A DNA stretch of 64,000 bases from an uncultured candidate division Zixibacteria bacterium (GCA_963702205.1 OY969724.1:1056001-1120000); one strand, 5' to 3'; shown: positions 18,829 through 28,973, numbered from the stretch's first letter. Numbers and translations: made by a program. The notes: generated by a model not told the origin, from the letters alone.

Positions 18829-21504
18829 CTATTCCAATTCTTCCCTGAGTTTTTTTTGCAGCACGTCGAAAACCTCATTCGAATCGACCGTCTCCGGCAC
18901 CGATCCCCGCGCGAAATTCTCCTTGCCTCCGCCGCGCCCGCCGAGCTGCTTTAAGACGGCGCCGGTCAGCTTACCGATATGAATTCCGGTTGCCGAACTG
19001 CCCGACGACATAAACGTCATCTTTCCATCTATCTTCCCGATCGCCGCCGCGATTTCAGGTTTGGCCGATCCCTTGATACTGTCCACCCAACCGCTCATTT
19101 CTACCGAGTCAACTTCGCCGAAATCATGAAAGCGCAGGACCAACGATCCGATTTTCTTATCTTCGCCTACCGTCGTCCCGCCGCCCGCCGAGAACCTCTC
19201 AGATTTGAGCTTTTTTATCTCTTTCTGGTAGCTCAACAGCCTGCGACTGGCGTCTTCCAATGCCGAAGCGATCTCGTTTTCGGGTTTGTTGAACAGCTTC
19301 ACCGCCAGGTCAACCGTCTGCTTGTTCGACAGCATCTTTTCGACCGCCATTCTTCCCGTGACGGCCTCAATACGCCTCACACCCGAGGCTATCCCGGTTT
19401 CCAGAGTTATCATGAACGATCCTATCTGGGCCGTGTTGTCGACGTGCGTCCCGCCGCACAATTCCTGTGAAAAATATTCGGGTTCTATTGTACCGTCGGT
19501 TTCGTCGGCATGAATACGCACGACCCGCACCCGGTCGGAATATTTCTCGCCGAATATAGCCATCGCTCCCTGTTCTTTGGCCTCTTCGATGGCGACGTCT
19601 TCTTCCGGGACGACGTTTAGCGCCCGCAGTATTTTGTCGTTGACCCGTTTTTCCACTTCGGTGATCTGTTCGTCGGTCAGTGGTTGAAAATGCGAGAAGT
19701 CGAAACGAAGTTTATCCGGACCGACGTACGATCCGGATTGAAAGACGTGCTCTCCGAGCACTTCGCGCAGGGCCGCCTGGAGCAGGTGGGTGGCGGTATG
19801 GTTTCGGATAATGTTGCGGCGGCGGACCATGTCCGTGCTGATTGCTACTTGCTGCCCGGCCGTGATCTTGCACGCGTCCGGATTGTCACAAATATGAACC
19901 GTAGCTTTATCTATCTTCAGCAGTTTTCTTACATAGAAATAATTACCCCGGAAAGACACCGAACCGTGATCCGAAAGCTGCCCCCCGGATTCCACGTAAA
20001 GCGGAGTCCGGTCGGGAATTAAAGCCAGATACGTTTCCCCGGATTCGGCGTGCGTCAGTTTGGTGGCAAAAAGAACTTTGGCCTGAATACTCATCGAATC
20101 GCGGACAAACTTCGTTTCAAAATCGGTTTGCCCTGATTTTTCCAGCCTTTCTTTCAGCGCCGTCTGGAAAAATACGTCCCGTTCGCCGTCGAACTGCGAT
20201 GCCCCGCGAGATTGCTCTTTCTGACGGTTCATCGATTTGTCGAAGATGTCCATATCGAGCGTCAAACCTTTTTCTTCCGCCATGACATTGATCAAATCCA
20301 CGGGAAATCCATAGGTGTCATACAATTTGAAAACATCGTCACCGGATATAACCGTACCGCCCTCTCTTTTCAGCTTGTTTACAACTTCATCGAACAGGTC
20401 ACAGCCGATATCCAGCGTCCGCCCGAACGATTCCTCTTCGGCCCGTATTACATTGACAATATGCTCCCGGCGATCGTTGATTTCCGGATAGACGTCGCCC
20501 ATCAGGTCGGCGAGAGTCGGGACAAGTTTGTATATGAATGGATCGTGCATATCAATCAGGCGGCCGTGCCGTGCCGCGCGGCGAAGAATCCGCCGCAGGA
20601 CATAACCCTGTTTCTCATTGGACAGGCCGCCGCCGTCGGCTATACAAAACGTCAGCGCTCGGACGTGGTCGGCAATCACCCGGTGTGACACTCCGCGGAC
20701 GTCGCTATGATATTTTTTGCCGGTAATTTCGGCTATGCTTTCTATCAGCGGGACAAAGAGGTCGGTTTCATAATTGCTATCGAGCCCGTTTTTGACGCAG
20801 GTAACCCGCTCCAGGCCGGCCCCGGTGTCCACCGACGGTTTCGGCAGCGGCACGAGATTGCCATCGGCTTTCTGTTCGAACTGCATAAAGACGAGGTTCC
20901 AGATTTCGACAAAGCGGTCACCCTCACCGTTGATATTATCGTTCGGCCCGGTGCCGAATTTATCGCCCTGATCGTAATGCAGCTCGCTGCACGGCCCGCA
21001 GGGACCGATATTGCCCATCGACCAGTAATTGTCCTGTCTGCCGAATTTCAAAATCCGGCCGTTTTTAAGTTCCGGGGCAACTTTGGCCCAAATTGAGTAA
21101 GCCTCATCGTCCTCGTCATAAACCGTCGCATAGAGACGGTCTATGGACAGATCGAGATACTTCGTTACCCACTCCCAGCAATAGAAAATGGCTTCTTCCT
21201 TGAAATAATCGCCGAACGAAAAATTCCCCAGCATCTCGAAAAAGGTCTGATGCCGGCCGGTGCGCCCGACATTTTCCAGATCGTTGTGTTTGCCTCCGGC
21301 CCGCATACATTTCTGCGACGTGGTCGCGCGGGGATAATCCGGTTTCTTCTCGCCGGTGAAAATGTCCTTGAACTGATTCATCCCGGCGTTCGCGAACAGA
21401 ATGGTCGGATCGTCAAACGGAATAACCGGCGACGACGGCAGGTGCTTGTGGTCGTGTTTCACGAAATAATCTATAAAAGATTGTCTTATATCCGACGATT
21501 TGAT
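18829..21504 (-). CDS. alaS: Alanine--tRNA ligase (start extended to the in-frame ATC at 21504)
   Basis: LFANAGMNQFK, HQTFFEMLGNFSFGDYFK, editing NHTATHLL and ELCGGTHV, C-terminal GGRGGG. The in-frame extension gives the typical (M)KSSDIRQSFIDYF N-terminus. Confidence 0.96.
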   Translation of the reverse strand: MKSSDIRQSFIDYFVKHDHKHLPSSPVIPFDDPTILFANAGMNQFKDIFTGEKKPDYPRATTSQKCMRAGGKHNDLENVGRTGRHQTFFEMLGNFSFGDYFKEEAIFYCWEWVTKYLDLSIDRLYATVYDEDDEAYSIWAKVAPELKNGRILKFGRQDNYWSMGNIGPCGPCSELHYDQGDKFGTGPNDNINGEGDRFVEIWNLVFMQFEQKADGNLVPLPKPSVDTGAGLERVTCVKNGLDSNYETDLFVPLIESIAEITGKKYHSDVRGVSHRVIADHVRALTFCIADGGGLSNEKQGYVLRRILRRAARHGRLIDMHDPFIYKLVPTLADLMGDVYPEINDRREHIVNVIRAEEESFGRTLDIGCDLFDEVVNKLKREGGTVISGDDVFKLYDTYGFPVDLINVMAEEKGLTLDMDIFDKSMNRQKEQSRGASQFDGERDVFFQTALKERLEKSGQTDFETKFVRDSMSIQAKVLFATKLTHAESGETYLALIPDRTPLYVESGGQLSDHGSVSFRGNYFYVRKLLKIDKATVHICDNPDACKITAGQQVAISTDMVRRRNIIRNHTATHLLQAALREVLGEHVFQSGSYVGPDKLRFDFSHFQPLTDEQITEVEKRVNDKILRALNVVPEEDVAIEEAKEQGAMAIFGEKYSDRVRVVRIHADETDGTIEPEYFSQELCGGTHVDNTAQIGSFMITLETGIASGVRRIEAVTGRMAVEKMLSNKQTVDLAVKLFNKPENEIASALEDASRRLLSYQKEIKKLKSERFSAGGGTTVGEDKKIGSLVLRFHDFGEVDSVEMSGWVDSIKGSAKPEIAAAIGKIDGKMTFMSSGSSATGIHIGKLTGAVLKQLGGRGGGKENFARGSVPETVDSNEVFDVLQKKLREELE

Positions 21505-21507
21505 AGC

Positions 21508-22140
21508 TCATTCCTCCTGACTGATTTTCTCAAACGCTTGTCGGGCCGCATTATAACTTATTGAACGGCGCGACAGATAATTATACGCTTTGCGGCGGGC
21601 GGTTTCAAGGTCAAATTTGGACAAATAGGCCCAACGCGTTTCCAGCAGGCGAAAGGCCAGCGTATTTTCGTCGACGTCCTGAAAAGATTCCTCGACTACG
21701 GCCCGAGCAATGGCGTTGGGGACCATCTTCGACCGCAGGCGGGCGATTAAATAGCTGCGCCCGGCCGGTTTATGGCGAAGAGCCGAGCCTACCAGTTCCC
21801 GGGCGAATTTCGTATCGTCCAGAAATCCCCGCTCGATATAAACCTTGACCACCTGTTCTATGGTCGCTTTGCCGAACCCTTTCTGGGTCAGCTTCTGACT
21901 GACCTGCCCGATCGAATAGGAACGCGCCCCGAGAATATAACCCAGATAATGGTCGGCCCGGATAAAGTCGGATTTGGCCTTAATCAGATCCATTTGTTCG
22001 AGCGACATCTCCTGCCCCACACGCAGGCGGTCATGGTCAATAATCGACCGCAACAGTAAAAATTCACTATCGTCGGAAAGGCTAACCAGCGCCAGCCTGC
22101 CTTTGGGAGATATTGATTTAATAATAAGCGCCTGCGACAT
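21508..22140 (-). CDS. recX: Regulatory protein RecX
   Basis: 'R.YS...V.QKL.QKGF', 'GFLDD.KFA', 'G...L...L..K.V', 'K.YNYL.RR' RecX helical repeats. Confidence 0.85.
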   Translation of the reverse strand: MSQALIIKSISPKGRLALVSLSDDSEFLLLRSIIDHDRLRVGQEMSLEQMDLIKAKSDFIRADHYLGYILGARSYSIGQVSQKLTQKGFGKATIEQVVKVYIERGFLDDTKFARELVGSALRHKPAGRSYLIARLRSKMVPNAIARAVVEESFQDVDENTLAFRLLETRWAYLSKFDLETARRKAYNYLSRRSISYNAARQAFEKISQEE

Positions 22141-22327
22141 GGACTATAAAATACACGATATTCCTCATAAAAAAAACCATTTCTTATAAGTTTAGTCGAA
22201 ACTTCAAAGGACAATTCCCGACTTTTCAGTCCGGCATGAAGAACGGCACAATTTTGAAACCGCCTCTTGATAATGTCGGTTCTAATATTTACAATTGAAA
22301 ACAAGTCAAATTTCAAAGGAGCGAAAT

Positions 22328-22675
22328 ATGCCGGTACGCAAATATAACGAAATCGCCGAAGTCGAAGTCAAAATGGACGGTGTCGTCGGAACGACCAAAC
22401 GAGTCCCGATTTCCAAAGCCGAAGGCTGGACCGATCATACCGTGCGCGTTTTCAAAATAGCGCCCGGAGGCCACACACCCAAACACCAGCACGATTGGGA
22501 ACATGTCAATTACGTCATGTCCGGCAAAGGCCGCCTGACTATCGCGGGGAAGCCGAACGAACTATCGCGCAACGATTTTGCCTTCGTTCCGCCCAACACC
22601 GAGCATCAATTCGAGAACCCGTACGATGAACCGTTCGAATTTATCTGTATCGTCCCGAATCGCGGGGAATATTAA
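22328..22675 (+). CDS. Cupin domain protein
   Basis: PGGHTPKHQHDWEH and 'VPPNTEHQFEN' cupin motifs; AAGGAG RBS before ATG 22328. Confidence 0.92.
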   Translation: MPVRKYNEIAEVEVKMDGVVGTTKRVPISKAEGWTDHTVRVFKIAPGGHTPKHQHDWEHVNYVMSGKGRLTIAGKPNELSRNDFAFVPPNTEHQFENPYDEPFEFICIVPNRGEY

Positions 22676-22723
22676 CGATTTTATATAAACCCCCGGATCA
22701 GACGACCCGGGCATGGATATTAA

Positions 22724-22756
22724 AAAAGGGGCAGGTTGCATGTACCTGTCCCTTTT
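22724..22756. terminator. Bidirectional intrinsic terminator
   Basis: AAAAGGGGCAGGT...ACCTGTCCCTTTT between convergent genes. Confidence 0.7.
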
Positions 22757-22768
22757 AATATTTATGGA

Positions 22769-25519
22769 TTACAAATTTCCGGCCGTAGCCAGCACGTAAT
22801 TTTTCGTATCGAAATATTTCTGTGCAGCCGTCTGCACCTGCTCGGGTGTGACGCTCCGTATATCGCCTACGAATTTATCGCCGTAATTATATCCCAGACC
22901 GAGATATTCATAAACGCCCATATAATACGCCTGGTTAATGCGCGACAGGTTGGCCGAAAGGTACGAGCCCCAGATGTCATTAACCGCCGTCATGAGCTCT
23001 TCAGCGGTAGGTGGTTCGCTTTTCAGCCGCTCGATTTCGGCCAGAATTCCGTCTTTAGCCTTTTCATAGTTATTAGCCCCGGTGCCCATGGTACATACAA
23101 ACCAGCCGAAGTTTTTGTCCATCGCCGCCGACGCTCCAACCGTGTAGGCCAGACCCTGCTTTTCCCTCAGCTCATCTCTCAGGCGGCCGGACAAAACCGC
23201 CGCCGCAACTTTTATGGCCGAGGCATCGGGCGACATAACCGACGGCAGGGCGTTGCCGAGATATATGTATACCTGCTCTTTATCCATTTTTTCGTTGGCG
23301 GCTCTGACGCCTTTTATTTCCACCGGAGGGCCGGCCTCGACCGGTTTGAATCCCGTGGCGGAAACATCCGCGAATTTCTCCCGGAGAAGTTTCATTATTC
23401 GCGCGGGTTCCTGGTTGGTGCAAACCGTAACAATCATATTTTTCGGCGAGTACATCTTCTTGTGATAGGCTTTCAGATCATCCACCGTAATGGCGTTGAG
23501 CGTGCGGTAAGTCCCGTCGATGGTTTTGGCATAGGCCTGACCGGCAAACAGGGTCTCATAGAATTTCTTGCGGGCCATCTGGTATGTCGAACCGCTGCCT
23601 CGCCCGATCAAACCGAATATCTCCTTGCGGACGGCTTCGACGTCGGATGAATCGAAAGCCGGATTAAGAATCATGTCGGAAAACAGGTCTATGCCGCGAT
23701 CCGCGAACTCGTCGATGGTTTCGAATTTCATAAACGAGTATTCCGGCGTGGTATAGCGGTCGTCGTACGGTATCCAGGGGTTATCATAAAGCGTGACATT
23801 GGCCCCGATTGCGGTCAGGTCCGCCGACAGCTTATCGGCCGGACGGGTGGTCGTTCCCTTTTCGATCAGGTGATTGACCATATTGGTTATGCCGTCGAGC
23901 CCCTCCGGTTCCGTGGCCGACCGGTTTTTTCCGATGACGTTGAGCGCAAAGACGCGGCTGTCGGGATTGGTCTTGATTATAATTTCCAGGCCGTTATCCA
24001 AAGTCTCTTTCAAATTGGTCGCCGATTGTTTTTCCGGAGTTTCTCCGGCTTTGGTAACGTCCGGCATTTTAAAATCCTTGCCCGATGACAGGTCGTGGGC
24101 GGGGAATTGGGTCTTTTGATAATAGGCTGTCACATCATCTCTGGTCGGGCCGTCCGAGCGGTACGGTTTCGAATTCGACGATCCTTCCGGCGTGACAGCC
24201 GTCGCTATATAAGCCGGTTTCGTAATATACTTTTGCACCACCCGGGCAATATCGGGAACCGAGACCGAATCGATATTGTCGTTAACCTTCTCGAAAAAAT
24301 CCCAGCCGGTTATAGCCAGAAGCGGCGCGATCATGAAACCGTAATAGTGCAATTTCTCCGAATAATAAATGTCGTTGCAGCGGCGAGCCACCTTATAGCC
24401 GTTGACGATATTCTCCGACGGCAAATTCTGACCAAGATTGGAAAATACATCGTTGCATGCCGTGACGATGGAACCGACGTTGCCCGCCTTGGGCGATATT
24501 ACCTCGATATTCAGACGGCTGAATTCTTCTCGTGTATCCAGTCCGACCGAAACACTGGTCGCGAGCGGATTGTCGCCGCCCTTGAGGGCCTTTATAAGGG
24601 GCGATATTTCTTCGTCCCCGAGATAATCGGCCAGAAGGTTAAATGCGAACCAGCCGCTGTCGGAAAAGCGCGGCGCCTCGAGCGACAGGTCAACGTACGT
24701 GGACTTGACCGGGGCCGTCGCCTCATGCATCTGGATTCCTTCGATCGGCTTATATTCGATCGCCGGCAGCGGCGGCGGTTCGACCGATTTGAAGCCACCG
24801 AGGACTTTCTCCACCATCTTTTCCATTTCCGGCATTTCAAAATCGCCGATGATAAGCGTCATCATTCGGTTGGGAGCATAAAAGCGCTTGTAATAATCGA
24901 CGATGGCATCACGGGGGATATTAGTTATAATCGGTTCGTAGCCGATAACCGGGCGGGCGTACGGAGTTCCGGCGAAGGCCGTCTCTTCGAAAAAGGCTTC
25001 GGCCGGTGCACCCTCGGCGTCGTTATCCATTCTCATTTCTTCATTCACGATGCCCCGCTCTTTGGGGAGACGGTCTTCGCCAATGGCCGAATTGAAAAGC
25101 ATGTCGGCTTCGGTTGCCATACCGTACTCGATATATTCACGAGGCATCAGCACCAAATAGGCGGTGAAGTCCTTTCTGGTGAAGGCGTTTATATAGCCGC
25201 CCAGTCTCTCAATCCCCTTTTCTATGTCATCCTGCGACCGCGTCGCCGTGCCGTTGAAAAGCAGGTGCTCCAGAAAATGCGTAACGCCGTTATTATAACG
25301 ATCTTCGTATTTACTCCCGGCCTTGACAAAGACCATACTGGTTATCATGGGGGAGGCATGGTTGGCCTTGAGAACCACTTCCATTCCGTTTTTCAGATGA
25401 TAACTTTTTTCAGAGACGGCTGGGGTTTTTCCGCCACCGGAACAGGCGATCGCCAAAACCAGCGTCGCCAGCATAAAGCTCGAAATTATAACTTTCCAGC
25501 AGATTTTCCTGCTTATCAT
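22769..25519 (-). CDS. M16 (pitrilysin-family) zinc peptidase, fused active and inactive halves, lipoprotein
   Basis: HFLEH (HXXEH) motif, GGYINAFT, second half lacking HXXEH with LREKQGLAY. Lipobox IAC. Start moved to ATG 25519 (GGGAG RBS). Confidence 0.93.
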   Translation of the reverse strand: MISRKICWKVIISSFMLATLVLAIACSGGGKTPAVSEKSYHLKNGMEVVLKANHASPMITSMVFVKAGSKYEDRYNNGVTHFLEHLLFNGTATRSQDDIEKGIERLGGYINAFTRKDFTAYLVLMPREYIEYGMATEADMLFNSAIGEDRLPKERGIVNEEMRMDNDAEGAPAEAFFEETAFAGTPYARPVIGYEPIITNIPRDAIVDYYKRFYAPNRMMTLIIGDFEMPEMEKMVEKVLGGFKSVEPPPLPAIEYKPIEGIQMHEATAPVKSTYVDLSLEAPRFSDSGWFAFNLLADYLGDEEISPLIKALKGGDNPLATSVSVGLDTREEFSRLNIEVISPKAGNVGSIVTACNDVFSNLGQNLPSENIVNGYKVARRCNDIYYSEKLHYYGFMIAPLLAITGWDFFEKVNDNIDSVSVPDIARVVQKYITKPAYIATAVTPEGSSNSKPYRSDGPTRDDVTAYYQKTQFPAHDLSSGKDFKMPDVTKAGETPEKQSATNLKETLDNGLEIIIKTNPDSRVFALNVIGKNRSATEPEGLDGITNMVNHLIEKGTTTRPADKLSADLTAIGANVTLYDNPWIPYDDRYTTPEYSFMKFETIDEFADRGIDLFSDMILNPAFDSSDVEAVRKEIFGLIGRGSGSTYQMARKKFYETLFAGQAYAKTIDGTYRTLNAITVDDLKAYHKKMYSPKNMIVTVCTNQEPARIMKLLREKFADVSATGFKPVEAGPPVEIKGVRAANEKMDKEQVYIYLGNALPSVMSPDASAIKVAAAVLSGRLRDELREKQGLAYTVGASAAMDKNFGWFVCTMGTGANNYEKAKDGILAEIERLKSEPPTAEELMTAVNDIWGSYLSANLSRINQAYYMGVYEYLGLGYNYGDKFVGDIRSVTPEQVQTAAQKYFDTKNYVLATAGNL

Positions 25520-25710
25520 AACTACTCCCTGCAACGATGCCCGGTCATGTGCAAACAAAATACATTTTTGCACCGGGCGATTCCTGTTTGTTTTACATAA
25601 CTGATTATATCTAAACACATTAAGCTACCAGGATTGTTTCCGCCTGTCAAGCCCAATCGCCAAAATGGCATTGACATTATACCGATTAAAGATATATTGT
25701 GACAACCTTT

Positions 25711-26139
25711 ATGACAAAAAAACATGCAAATAAAGTCGCCATAGCGGGTCACGGCGCGTTCCTGTTGCTGTGCGCGATCAGTCTTCTGTTCTTCGGAATT
25801 CTGGCCAACTCCGCTCTGGTTTCGGTGAAATCGATCAAAACGGAATCATCGACCCATCAGGTATGTTCGGTCGACGTCGATTGGTTGCCGGGTTCCGATG
25901 GCTCCATGGCCACCAACGAGAGTTCATCGTCCGGAAAAGTATTTCATATTACGATCCCGGCGCTGGTTACGGGCGGCGGTCTGGACAAGCGTTTTCCGGT
26001 ACAGAAGATTATCGAAATCAGGACGTCTCCCCGGATAATATGCGGACAGTTTGCGCTTTTTTCTGCTGCCATCACGGTCTGCCCTCATAAGGCCCGTGAA
26101 TTTACACTGGTCGGTGCCAAACCCTCCGGCACCAGCTAA
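25711..26139 (+). CDS. uORF upstream of secDF with N-terminal hydrophobic segment; candidate translation-arrest peptide
   Basis: Fills the gap between a TTGACA-N16-TATATT promoter (25671-25698) and secD. Basic N-terminus, then a TM/signal segment; ends REFTLVGAKPSGTS*. Confidence 0.6.
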   Translation: MTKKHANKVAIAGHGAFLLLCAISLLFFGILANSALVSVKSIKTESSTHQVCSVDVDWLPGSDGSMATNESSSSGKVFHITIPALVTGGGLDKRFPVQKIIEIRTSPRIICGQFALFSAAITVCPHKAREFTLVGAKPSGTS

Positions 26140-26229
26140 ATATCCTCCGCTTTTCTTTCCCTAAACAGCCTTATAAAATTTAATCCCAAGCCAAAAGCAT
26201 AATTTTATTTATAAAGGAGTCTGGAATTT

Positions 26230-27984
26230 ATGAGAACCCAAACCTGGCGTTTAGTTATCACCGGCGCTTTGGTCGTCCTGGCCTTCATCGGCTTCTGGAA
26301 TACTCTGCGCCTCTGGACGCTAAACAGCGCCGACCGGGCCAGAATGGAGAAAATCAAGCCCGGTTCCGTGAACGAACTTGAACGCAAAGCAATGAGACTC
26401 GGCCTCGATCTTCAGGGCGGCATTCATGTCGTTCTTCGGGTCGAGATGGAAAAGCTGGCCAAAAACGAACAAACCGATGCCGTCGAACGCGCCATTCAGG
26501 TCATCCGCAATCGTGTCGACTTCACCGGTGTCACCGAGCCGATCATACAAAAGCAGGGCAGCGACCGGATTATCGTCGATCTGCCCGGTTATACCGACGC
26601 CGCGCGGGCCGAGGAAATCATCGGACAAACCGCGCAGTTGGAATACAAGCTTCTTGAGACGTACGAAAACGCTTCGATTCTTTTCGAAAAGATCGATTCG
26701 GTCGTGGCGGAGATTCGTAAGTCCGAAGGCCATCAATCCGATGAGTACAACAGCGTGATGGCCGAAATAGACAAGGCCAACAAAGACATGATGGCCGACA
26801 TGAATCAGCCCGAAGAAGGTTCCGCCTCTCCGGACACAACGGCCGATTCCACGTCGGGTCTGTTTTCGGAATTTCTTGGACCCGATTCCGCCAAAGGCGA
26901 AAACAACGACCTGGTATATGATTCCGAAGCCAAGCCCTTTACTCAATACCTGCAACAGTGGCTGTCCAACCGCGACGGTGTCCCGTTTCCGGGGTACTAT
27001 GTGTCCATCAAAGATCGCCCGCTTATAGAGAAATGGCTGGCACGTCCCGAAGTGCAGAAGCTTATTCCGCCCGATGATCAAATTGCATTTTCAACGCGGT
27101 CTCACATCGCCAACGCCCAGGAAGTTTATAGCCTTTACGTTCTCAAACGTAAGGTGCAGTTTCTTGGCAAGTTTCTCGAGAACATCAGGCTCGGGCGTGG
27201 ACGGTTTCAGGAGAACACGGTTGACTTCCGGGTTTCCGGTGAAGCCGCCGCCGCTTTCGCGCGTTTGACCGGAGCCAATATCGACAAACCGCTGGCCATC
27301 GTCATCGACGGCAAAGTCGAATCGGCGCCGTTCGTGGCCGACAAAATTCGCGGCAACGGCACCATTACTATGGGCAGCGGGGCCAGTCTGGAAGACGCGC
27401 AGAACCTCATGATCGTTCTTAAAGCCGGTGCCCTTCCCGCCCCGGTTGAAATCATCGAGAAAAACGTGGTCGGGCCGTCCCTCGGTTCCGACTCGATCCG
27501 TAAGGGCTTTATTTCCAGCGTCGTTGGTTTGGCCCTGGTTCTGGTCCTGATCGGCATATATTATAAAGTCTCAGGACTGATTGCCGATTTCGCTCTGGTT
27601 TTCAACATCTTTTTCCTGCTGGCGGTTATGGCCGGCCTGAAAGCGACTTTAACCATGCCGGGTATCGCGGGGATTGTCCTAACCGTCGGTATTTCGGTGG
27701 ACGCCAACGTCCTGATATTCGAGCGTATTCGAGAGGAGCTTCGAACCGGAAAAACCGTCCGGGCGGCTATCGACGCCGGTTATGACCGGGCTCTTCTGAC
27801 AATCATCGACAGTCACGTGACAACATTGATAACTGCCGGAGCTTTGTTCCTGTTCGGCTCCGGGCCCATTAAAGGTTTTGCGGTGTCGTTGTTCTGCGGT
27901 GTTATGATATCACTCTACACGGCTGTAGTCATCACCAAGACCGTTTTTGACTTCCGCAAAGGCTACAATACGCTCAGCATATAA
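26230..27984 (+). CDS. secD: Protein translocase subunit SecD
   Basis: LGLDLQGG, GALPAP, VGPSLG, TLTMPGIAGIVLTVGISVDANVLIFERIREE. Confidence 0.97.
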   Translation: MRTQTWRLVITGALVVLAFIGFWNTLRLWTLNSADRARMEKIKPGSVNELERKAMRLGLDLQGGIHVVLRVEMEKLAKNEQTDAVERAIQVIRNRVDFTGVTEPIIQKQGSDRIIVDLPGYTDAARAEEIIGQTAQLEYKLLETYENASILFEKIDSVVAEIRKSEGHQSDEYNSVMAEIDKANKDMMADMNQPEEGSASPDTTADSTSGLFSEFLGPDSAKGENNDLVYDSEAKPFTQYLQQWLSNRDGVPFPGYYVSIKDRPLIEKWLARPEVQKLIPPDDQIAFSTRSHIANAQEVYSLYVLKRKVQFLGKFLENIRLGRGRFQENTVDFRVSGEAAAAFARLTGANIDKPLAIVIDGKVESAPFVADKIRGNGTITMGSGASLEDAQNLMIVLKAGALPAPVEIIEKNVVGPSLGSDSIRKGFISSVVGLALVLVLIGIYYKVSGLIADFALVFNIFFLLAVMAGLKATLTMPGIAGIVLTVGISVDANVLIFERIREELRTGKTVRAAIDAGYDRALLTIIDSHVTTLITAGALFLFGSGPIKGFAVSLFCGVMISLYTAVVITKTVFDFRKGYNTLSI

Positions 27985-27995
27985 GGAGTTTGATT

Positions 27996-28919
27996 ATGCT
28001 TAGGATAGTTGGCGAAACCAATATAGATTTTATAGGCCATCGAAGGAAAGCCTTCCTGATTTCAGGACTGCTGGTCCTTTTGGGCCTGTTTGCTTTCACC
28101 ATGGTTCTTCTCGACAAAGCCAATATGGGGATTGACTTTGAGGGCGGCACCATGCTTCAGGGCAGCTTTGAAAATCCCATCACCATTGGGGACCTGCGCA
28201 ATGCCGTAACGAGCAACGGCTTTCCCGAAGCGTACATTCAGGAATTGCACCGGGAAAGTATTAAGAATTCATATATAATTCGTGTCAAGGAAACCGTCGC
28301 CGGGGATGAAAAGGCTATAAACAAGCTGTCGAAAATTATCGATGAGTCTTTTCCCGGAAACAAGTTTACCGAGGACTCGGAACACGTCATCGGGCCGGCG
28401 GTAGGGCAGTCGCTTCGACAAAGCGCCGTCTACGCCATATTGATCTCGATAATCGGTATGATTATTTATATCGGCATCCGCTTCGATTTTCGTTCCGGCG
28501 TGGCGGCAACCATTGCCACATTCCACGACGTGCTCGCCGTACTCGGTATTTTCTTTATCCTGAATAAAGAAATAACCCTGCTGGTCGTCACGGCCCTGCT
28601 GACTTTGGCCGGTTATTCTCTGACTGATACCGTCGTCGTGTTCGATCGCATAAGGGAAAACCTCAAGAAGTTCCGCAAAAAAGGCGAGTTCGTACAAACC
28701 GTAAATCGCTCCATCAACGACGTTCTTTCCCGAACCATCATGACTTCGGTAACCACGCTGATCGTGGCCGTGGTGCTGTACCTGTTCGGCGGTGAAGTGT
28801 TGAATGATTTCGCTCTGGCGCTGGTGTTGGGTGTGATAATCGGAACCTATTCTTCGATTTTCGTGGCCAGCCCGATCGTCGTGGAATGGGAAGATAAATC
28901 GCCTAAACGGTTCAAATAA
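27996..28919 (+). CDS. secF: Protein translocase subunit SecF
   Basis: GIDFEGG, FHDV, GYSLTDTVVVFDRIRE, GTYSSIFVASP. Confidence 0.97.
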   Translation: MLRIVGETNIDFIGHRRKAFLISGLLVLLGLFAFTMVLLDKANMGIDFEGGTMLQGSFENPITIGDLRNAVTSNGFPEAYIQELHRESIKNSYIIRVKETVAGDEKAINKLSKIIDESFPGNKFTEDSEHVIGPAVGQSLRQSAVYAILISIIGMIIYIGIRFDFRSGVAATIATFHDVLAVLGIFFILNKEITLLVVTALLTLAGYSLTDTVVVFDRIRENLKKFRKKGEFVQTVNRSINDVLSRTIMTSVTTLIVAVVLYLFGGEVLNDFALALVLGVIIGTYSSIFVASPIVVEWEDKSPKRFK

Positions 28920-28933
28920 TAATTTTACTAAAC

Positions 28934-28960
28934 GGGCCGCAGCGATGCGGCCCTTGTTTT
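28934..28960 (+). terminator. Intrinsic terminator after secF
   Basis: GGGCCGC-AGCGAT-GCGGCCC followed by TTGTTTT. Confidence 0.65.
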
Positions 28961-28973
28961 ATTGGTCCGACCC

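Noticed and set aside
22736..25600. Long plus-strand ORFs (304 and 501 aa)
   Set aside because: Antisense to the M16 peptidase; typical codon-bias shadow frames with no recognisable motifs.
26143..26154. TCCTCCGCTTTT matching the tRNA-Ser 3' end as a possible att site
   Set aside because: Only 12 bp, lies upstream of the tRNA inside a housekeeping operon; better explained as chance or an anti-SD sequence.
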